A stretch of DNA of 32,000 nucleotides from Candidatus Heimdallarchaeota archaeon (GTDB lineage Archaea; Asgardarchaeota; Heimdallarchaeia; Heimdallarchaeales; Heimdallarchaeaceae), in the NCBI GenBank assembly GCA_030668875.1, contig DAOVER010000027.1, forward strand, positions 7,408-39,407. Reading direction: 5' to 3'. How positions within the stretch are numbered: the stretch's first letter is position 1; each line of letters opens with the position of its first letter. This document shows, piece after piece, positions 26,771 through 32,000 of this stretch. The translations under genes were made by a program, and so were the position numbers. Under the pieces are notes generated by a model. That model had not been told where the DNA came from, made no database searches, and was given only the letters and a program-made list of their open reading frames with translations.

Positions 26771-28174
26771 TCATCTAACTGGAGGCATTGACAATGGATA
26801 ATTGTCTGAATTTGTGATTTCAAAGAATCCTTCGATGAAATAGTAACCTGTAATCCAATCATCCCAGTAATTTCCTTGATTAGTACTAGTATCATACCAA
26901 TAATTATCTGTTCCATCATCCTCAAAACCTTGAGAATCAGCACTAATATAACGAGTATTATCTATGAAAGAATTATGATGGATACTGTTTCCGTGGGAAT
27001 ACCATAAGAAGAGGCCATGTTCTCGATTATCATTTAGTATATTATATTGAACAGAACTATTCCATACATTATACATAAAAATACCATTATCTTGATTTCT
27101 TCTAATTTTACAATTCTTTATAGTAATAAAATCGCTTGATCTAACATAAATTCCATCAGAATTATCATAACCAAGCTCTCCTACATAGTAACCAATATTA
27201 TCGTTGCAAGTAATATTATCTATAATTATATCTGTAGATCTATGTACTGAAATTCCTAAACGGTAATTTTCTGAGAAAGTGCTGTCTTCTATTGTACAAG
27301 TTTCACAATAGAGTAGTGAAATACCTAGATTTGTTTTTCTTATATCGAGATTCTTTAGAATGACATTTGTACAACCAACGAGTTTGAGCTGACCATATTC
27401 ATCAGTGGATATCATCGTATTTTCAAGTTCTTTCAAATACTCAAGCTTCCTTTCATTTACTATATTGTCTTCAACATCATATGAAAGAGCAATGGAAAGA
27501 GATGATGCACCATATGAGAATCCAGTTTTTAGAAATGTATTATTAAACACATCAGTGTAGGATGATTCGTCTACTAAAATACCTGAGTCTTTGCTTCTGT
27601 TACAAACATTTCTTTCAACTAACGATCTAGGAGAATCAAGAAGATAAATACCTATAAGGTTGCTTTCACAGTAATTATTCCTTACAATAGAGTAATCTGA
27701 TTCTTCAGTGACCTCAATTCCATTTGTTTTACTATAGTAAATTGAATTATCTTCAATAGTTACACCTTCAGTGTTGTAAACATATATCCCTTTTGCACAA
27801 TTTCTTATTGTATTATTTTTTATAATAGCTATATCATCTGATACACTTCGTATGCTTATCCCTCTGAAACCTCCTATTTCATTAGCTGGTTCAATAATGC
27901 AATTTCTAATAATGAAATATTTCGTAACTTCCATAATGTGAATGCCATTTAATGCATCTCTTGGAGAAATTTCATGGTTTTCAATAATATATGGATCACT
28001 AGATGTTCCCGTTCCAGGAAGATTATATTTCCTAAAATCCTCATCTGATAATATCTCAATTCCCTGTGTTGTTGAATCTCTAAAGAGAACTACAGGGACG
28101 ACAATAGCCGTAGTTATCAAACCAATTGAACCTATTATTATCAATAATATTTTAAAATTTTTTGAGATTGCCAT
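26771..28174 (-). CDS. Membrane-anchored right-handed parallel beta-helix (NosD-like) protein
   Basis: N-terminal TM, IEILSDEDF...PGTGTSSDPYIIEN, many I.NN.I/GI.L repeats, GNYWDD near the C-terminus. Confidence 0.9.
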   Translation of the reverse strand: MAISKNFKILLIIIGSIGLITTAIVVPVVLFRDSTTQGIEILSDEDFRKYNLPGTGTSSDPYIIENHEISPRDALNGIHIMEVTKYFIIRNCIIEPANEIGGFRGISIRSVSDDIAIIKNNTIRNCAKGIYVYNTEGVTIEDNSIYYSKTNGIEVTEESDYSIVRNNYCESNLIGIYLLDSPRSLVERNVCNRSKDSGILVDESSYTDVFNNTFLKTGFSYGASSLSIALSYDVEDNIVNERKLEYLKELENTMISTDEYGQLKLVGCTNVILKNLDIRKTNLGISLLYCETCTIEDSTFSENYRLGISVHRSTDIIIDNITCNDNIGYYVGELGYDNSDGIYVRSSDFITIKNCKIRRNQDNGIFMYNVWNSSVQYNILNDNREHGLFLWYSHGNSIHHNSFIDNTRYISADSQGFEDDGTDNYWYDTSTNQGNYWDDWITGYYFIEGFFEITNSDNYPLSMPPVR

Positions 28175-28479
28175 CTAAATTTACTCCGTTTAATCTTTAG
28201 TTTACTCTCTATAGTTTTTAACGCTTTTCCATAAAATTCTAGTATTATGTTAGACAAACTCTCTTTTATTTCATCACATTAAGTGTCAGAATGTAGTTCA
28301 AGGATTCTAGCTATCGGATCCTTTTGTTTTTCGAGTACCCCTTGAAGTATCTGTCTCTGTTCAGGCGTTGGATCTATTGCAGTTAATGCTCTTTTCAGTC
28401 TAACCCATTTTCTTGTTTCAAAGAAGGATATAGGGGTTACAAATGCGTAAATAACTGCACAAATAGTTGTAAAAATCGC
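28141..28479 (-). pseudogene. Probable 5'-truncated gene remnant with one internal stop (not in ORF track)
   Basis: One frame reads AIFTTICAVIYAFVTPISFFETRKWVRLKRALTAIDPTPEQRQILQGVLEKQKDPIARILELHSDT*CDEIKESLSNIILEFYGKALKTIESKLKIKRSKFRWQSQKILKYY*; no ATG; begins 6 nt after the stop of the upstream gene. Confidence 0.45.
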
Positions 28480-28485
28480 TTATAT

Positions 28486-30243
28486 CTATTTCTTATTCCG
28501 AAACTTGTTTTTAAAAAATATCAAAACTACTGTTATAAATAACGTATAGATGCAAAAATGATAAAACGACTCTATAGAAGCAGAATTCGTTTCAGGAACA
28601 GTTTCAGAAATTATTGTAATCGTATAGTAGTTACTTGAATTATCATTTTTGTAGTAGTTCGCTTTCAATGAACGGTCTAAAGCTTCCACGTAGTAGTCTA
28701 TTTCATCACCAGTATTAAATTTGCCAATGTGTGTTTGAAATGTATCAGGTTGAATAACATACATTCCATTATTGATCCATGTTCCGGAATTCACCCTATA
28801 GAAACAAGTCGCAAATTGAATACCAGATCTATCTACAATATCAGCACAGATAGAAATACATGTCTCATTGGTAGGATTAGAAGGAGTATGATTAACGTTC
28901 ATAATCGAAGGAGGTCTTAAATCGTCCCCTATGCCAGTTCGCTGAGGATTTCCGCCCATACAAGGCCATGGTTCATTGGAGAGTTCAAGATTTTCTTTAT
29001 AAAATGCGAACAAATTTCCATTCATATCTCCAATAAAGATATAACCTTCATCGATTACAGCAGAACACCAAGTTGCATCACTTTCTAGTGCCAAAGAATT
29101 AAGCACATCACCATTGTCTTTGTCTATAACATAGAATTTTTGCCCCTCAGCCCCAAAATATAAACGATTATCACTTCCTATTGCTGGAGTGCCATACAAA
29201 TCGTGGAAGGGGGTTTTTCTCCATTTAATGGTTCCATCTGGATATATAGCAAAGAGTTCTGAAAGATCATTATGTTTTGTTCCGATATAGAGTATACCTG
29301 CACGATCAATTGCAGGACTAGCACGTACCATTCCATCAGTTAAGTATAACGACCATCTTAGTGTTCCATTAGGATTTACAGCATAAAGAGTGTGATTTTC
29401 AGAACCGTAATATATTGTTCCATCACGTCCAAAAGATATTTTATGTTTAGGATAGAAATCTGATGAAGTGAGGTTCCATTTTGAAGTACCATTTACGTAA
29501 TAAGCGGATAATTCTCTTCCTGTAAAATATACTGTATCATTATAAACAGAAGGAGAACCAGGATGACCATCAGAATCGTTTTTCCATCTTACAGAACCAT
29601 TATTCCAATGGAAAGAATAGTGGAAATTCAGTCCATGAGCGTAAACGTTTCCCATGTTATCTAGAGCAGGACAAGATGGGTCTCCTCCCCATAAATCATA
29701 TTCTTCGATATTTGTAGCTAAAGGATAAGACCAATTCAAATTACCATCAGAATTCAATGCATATAAATTTCTATTAATTGGCCATTCACCATTTGTTATG
29801 TTGTAACCAGAAGCAACAAAAAAGATCAAACCTTGTGGATTAATTACAGGTCCTCCCATAACAATGTTTGGACCTACGTCAAAACGCCATCTTAGATTAA
29901 AAGCAGGACCAGCACCGAAGGAATAAAGGAAATAATGTTCTGACCAATCATTCCCCTCTGCAAACCATGCAAATTTGTGAGAGGAGCCAACATAGATATT
30001 TCCGTCCTTATCGATAGCGGGAGAAGAAAAATAAAACATCTGATTATCAGGGAGATCATAAATTTTCTTCCGAGAGAGAGACAAAAGTTCATAATCAGAC
30101 TGCTCAGGAATATTGGTATAATCAATATCTGAATAGTTAGCACCTAGAGGAATTAATGCAAACGAACTACTAATCAAATTGATCAATAGCACACAATTAA
30201 AAAGTATAAACAAAAATGTTTGTCGTTTTTTCATCTCGTTCAC
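28486..30243 (-). CDS. Exported PQQ-like (BamB-type) beta-propeller protein with Ig-like domain and C-terminal TM anchor
   Basis: Signal peptide; repeats SSPAIDKDGNIYVGS, ASPAIDRAGILYIGT, GTPAIGSDNRLYFG, LYA(L/V)N..G.L.W; WPCMGGNPQRTG; PPSI...YYVEALD domain; TM + KNKFRNKK. Confidence 0.9.
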   Translation of the reverse strand: MNEMKKRQTFLFILFNCVLLINLISSSFALIPLGANYSDIDYTNIPEQSDYELLSLSRKKIYDLPDNQMFYFSSPAIDKDGNIYVGSSHKFAWFAEGNDWSEHYFLYSFGAGPAFNLRWRFDVGPNIVMGGPVINPQGLIFFVASGYNITNGEWPINRNLYALNSDGNLNWSYPLATNIEEYDLWGGDPSCPALDNMGNVYAHGLNFHYSFHWNNGSVRWKNDSDGHPGSPSVYNDTVYFTGRELSAYYVNGTSKWNLTSSDFYPKHKISFGRDGTIYYGSENHTLYAVNPNGTLRWSLYLTDGMVRASPAIDRAGILYIGTKHNDLSELFAIYPDGTIKWRKTPFHDLYGTPAIGSDNRLYFGAEGQKFYVIDKDNGDVLNSLALESDATWCSAVIDEGYIFIGDMNGNLFAFYKENLELSNEPWPCMGGNPQRTGIGDDLRPPSIMNVNHTPSNPTNETCISICADIVDRSGIQFATCFYRVNSGTWINNGMYVIQPDTFQTHIGKFNTGDEIDYYVEALDRSLKANYYKNDNSSNYYTITIISETVPETNSASIESFYHFCIYTLFITVVLIFFKNKFRNKK

Positions 30244-30357
30244 AACTAAGAATTACAATCTCTATAACTAAGAAATTGTTTATATGTTTTTCGAAAAAAA
30301 TCGCTCAATAGCAAGCTACAGTAAGAGTTGATTGGTTCAGAATTACATAAAATAATA

Positions 30358-30522
30358 CAAAGAATATCAGAAATCTCTTACTCATTTCTTATTTTTTCAG
30401 CTTATTCTTCAAATAATTGTTGGTTTTTTGTTCAGTATATTCTTCTTTATTTGCAAGAGGTTGGCTAACAAAGTCAAGATCATCTTTATCCAATTTACCT
30501 TCATTTATGAGCTTAAAGCCTA
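30358..30522 (+). repeat. ~165-bp direct repeat, copy B
   Basis: Covers the last ~44 codons of the flavoprotein gene and ~30 nt beyond its stop. Confidence 0.95.
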
Positions 30523-31114
30523 TTTTTTCTAGCATCTGAAGAATTTCTTTGCTTTTCTCTGTTTCATCTTTTAAGGGATAGCAATGAGGTCGAAGAATTG
30601 CTCCAGTAAACTCTATAGAATAATTCTCTGCAAGCTCCTTAAATACTCTTACAACGAGATCAAGATTGGCCAACTCCCACCATCCTCCAACTACAACTGC
30701 GAGTAATTTTGAGATATTCACATCTTCATGACATCTCGCTCTTGTTCTACCATTTCGAAATTCTAGTATAGGTTCTATAAGAGGTACTAATCTGTTGACA
30801 AAATTCGTCATTTCTCCTGGAAGGGGAGAATAAACTGGTGTTGCTAAAACTAAGATATCAGCAGACCTAAGCTTAGGGTAAAGGTCTTGCATATCATCTT
30901 GTATAAAACATTCCCCGATAGTTTCTCCCCAGCATTTAAAGCAACCAATACAAGGTAAAATTTTGAGTTTTCTTGTATAAATCAATTCAACAGATGCTCC
31001 AGCTTTCTTCATACCTTCCATAAAAGGGGTAAGTAAAAAAGTCGTATTGCTTTTCTCTATTTTTGGACTGCCATTAATTACAAGTACTTTAGTCAAATAT
31101 TTCTCCTCTATCAT
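30389..31114 (-). CDS. Iron-sulfur flavoprotein / multimeric flavodoxin WrbA-like (NAD(P)H-dependent FMN reductase family)
   Basis: INGSPK..SNT, PCIGCFKCW.....EC...DDM (four Cys), ADILVLATPVY. Confidence 0.92.
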   Translation of the reverse strand: MIEEKYLTKVLVINGSPKIEKSNTTFLLTPFMEGMKKAGASVELIYTRKLKILPCIGCFKCWGETIGECFIQDDMQDLYPKLRSADILVLATPVYSPLPGEMTNFVNRLVPLIEPILEFRNGRTRARCHEDVNISKLLAVVVGGWWELANLDLVVRVFKELAENYSIEFTGAILRPHCYPLKDETEKSKEILQMLEKIGFKLINEGKLDKDDLDFVSQPLANKEEYTEQKTNNYLKNKLKK

Positions 31115-31183
31115 ATAACAGAAGGAAAATAGAATAAAAAAAATGTTCTTGAGATTTAAAAAAATAAGAAAAAAAGAAGAGTT

Positions 31184-31218
31184 AGATTTTTTTTATCTCA
31201 AAAAGAGATAAAGGATCT
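31184..31218 (-). terminator. Hairpin followed by T tracts downstream of the CxxC-x17-CxxC gene
   Basis: TTTATCTC-AAAAA-GAGATAAA core extended by AGAT/ATCT; on the minus strand followed by several T runs. Confidence 0.55.
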
Positions 31219-31232
31219 TACTTCATTTAAGA

Positions 31233-31388
31233 CTAATATCTTGGCTTTCTTTGAGCTTGATAACAATCTCTACAATACACAGGACGCTCGCCGTCGGGCT
31301 TAAATGGAACTTGTGTTTCCTTGCCACATTTGGAGCATTTTACATCGTGCATCTCTCTAGGTCTGTCGTCGTATCTTCTATAACCCAT
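31233..31388 (-). CDS. CxxC-x17-CxxC domain small zinc-finger protein, 51 aa (not in ORF track)
   Basis: MGYRRYDDRPREMHDVKCSKCGKETQVPFKPDGERPVYCRDCYQAQRKPRY*; exact 17-residue spacing and VPFKP...PVYC signature. Confidence 0.92.
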   Translation of the reverse strand: MGYRRYDDRPREMHDVKCSKCGKETQVPFKPDGERPVYCRDCYQAQRKPRY

Positions 31389-31409
31389 TTTAATTTCACT
31401 TTTGCTTTT

Positions 31410-31426
31410 TTATATAATAATTTCTC
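31410..31426 (-). promoter_or_regulatory. Candidate BRE-TATA promoter of the CxxC-x17-CxxC gene
   Basis: Minus strand GGAGAAA-TTATATATAA, with the TATA element 22-31 nt upstream of ATG 31388. Confidence 0.5.
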
Positions 31427-31727
31427 CTAAAATTAGAATGTTCTACTCACTTTAGACCTGAGATTACTATTTCTCTTTTAGATATTTAATCATTATACGC
31501 TATAACAAAGATGTTTTGAGTTTATAAAAGTAGTGGATTAACATATATTTGCTGTTTCTTATTTAGTGAAACAAACTCTTTTGAATAAATCTTCAAAACT
31601 TGCAAATCTTATGAGATAGGTTATTAAGACAGAAATATTTACGATGAAGAAAAAGATTTGGCAGAGTATTTGAAAACCAAAGAAGTTTGAAAAATAAATG
31701 AATAGAGGAAATATCTGATTAATCAAT

Positions 31728-32000
31728 TTAAAGGTAGGATGTTAATTTACATATACCTGCTGGAGGAATGGCAATATAATGAATCCCTGTTGATAGACTT
31801 ACTTTTTCTTTTTTTATAATACTACCTGTGCAAGAAGTTATTATCATAGTTCTATCTTCTAAATCATGTTCGAGCTGTATTATTACTCTATTGTTAAAAG
31901 TTCCATTTACAAGTATCAGTTCAGGTGGTACCTTACTCTCAATACAGATACATGAATCAGAATACCATGCTGCTAGAACCTTATTATCATTTCTAGCACA
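31728..32000 (-). CDS. C-terminal 90 aa of an unknown soluble beta-rich protein; 5'-partial
   Basis: Open from the window edge: CARNDNKVLAAWYSDSC...KEKVSLSTGIHYIAIPPAGICKLTSYL*, stop TAA at 31730-31728. Confidence 0.65.
   Translation of the reverse strand, partial: CARNDNKVLAAWYSDSCICIESKVPPELILVNGTFNNRVIIQLEHDLEDRTMIITSCTGSIIKKEKVSLSTGIHYIAIPPAGICKLTSYL

Noticed and set aside
26611-26943. Track ORF of 110 aa on the minus strand
   Set aside because: Chimeric artefact: its first ~60 codons are an alternative frame of the beta-helix gene's 3' end and the rest is the flavoprotein remnant.
28279-28281. Internal stop in the gene remnant as possible recoding
   Set aside because: It is TAA, not TGA (Sec) or TAG (Pyl), and all other genes read normally with the standard code.
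3525-30143. Short track ORFs nested in longer genes (3525, 5543, 6448, 8126, 11365, 12468, 12541, 13505, 17201, 18749, 19911, 21997, 23681, 25129, 27942, 28729, 29892)
   Set aside because: All lie wholly or almost wholly within well-supported genes in antisense or alternative frames, have shadow-frame composition and no recognisable motifs.
31560-31705. Protein-like + strand fragments (DRNIYDEEKDLAEYLKTKRSLKNK*)
   Set aside because: Under 30 codons, no start, interrupted by stops; insufficient to call a pseudogene.
1-32000. CRISPR array, rRNA, IS element, integrase, classical eukaryotic signature proteins (actin, ESCRT, small GTPases, ubiquitin)
   Set aside because: No regularly spaced repeats, no GC-rich structured RNA stretch, no DDE/HUH/tyrosine-recombinase motifs and none of those protein signatures in any ORF.

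Overview
AT-rich archaeal chromosomal DNA, most likely from an Asgard archaeon (Heimdallarchaeia-like). This is an inference from gene content: a PAC2/Pba proteasome chaperone, Hef- and XPD-type helicases, DegV, bacterial-type PAS histidine kinases, C-terminally anchored surface proteins and many membrane proteins with double zinc ribbons. About 24 full-length protein genes, 2 edge-truncated genes and 2 small zinc-finger genes missed by the ORF track; no rRNA, tRNA, CRISPR array, transposase or integrase was recognised. Positions 1-14.3 kb are mostly housekeeping/metabolic but include a motif-dead Hef/FANCM-like helicase overlapping an intact Fe-S XPD-family helicase. Positions 14.4-23.0 kb hold two receiver-less histidine kinases inside a family of three paralogous membrane/zinc-ribbon proteins, plus a duplicated 4-TM protein. 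Positions 23.0-31.1 kb look accessory: a palindrome-rich intergenic region; a tightly coupled four-gene operon (Panacea/SocA-like antitoxin, VapC PIN toxin, PD-(D/E)xK nuclease, TGT-like TIM-barrel protein with a CxCxxC..H site), my best candidate for an undescribed defence/nucleic-acid-modification system; and a 3.6-kb segment of exported-protein genes bracketed by a ~165-bp direct repeat of the 3' end of an iron-sulfur flavoprotein gene. All family assignments are from motif recognition by eye; no database search was run.
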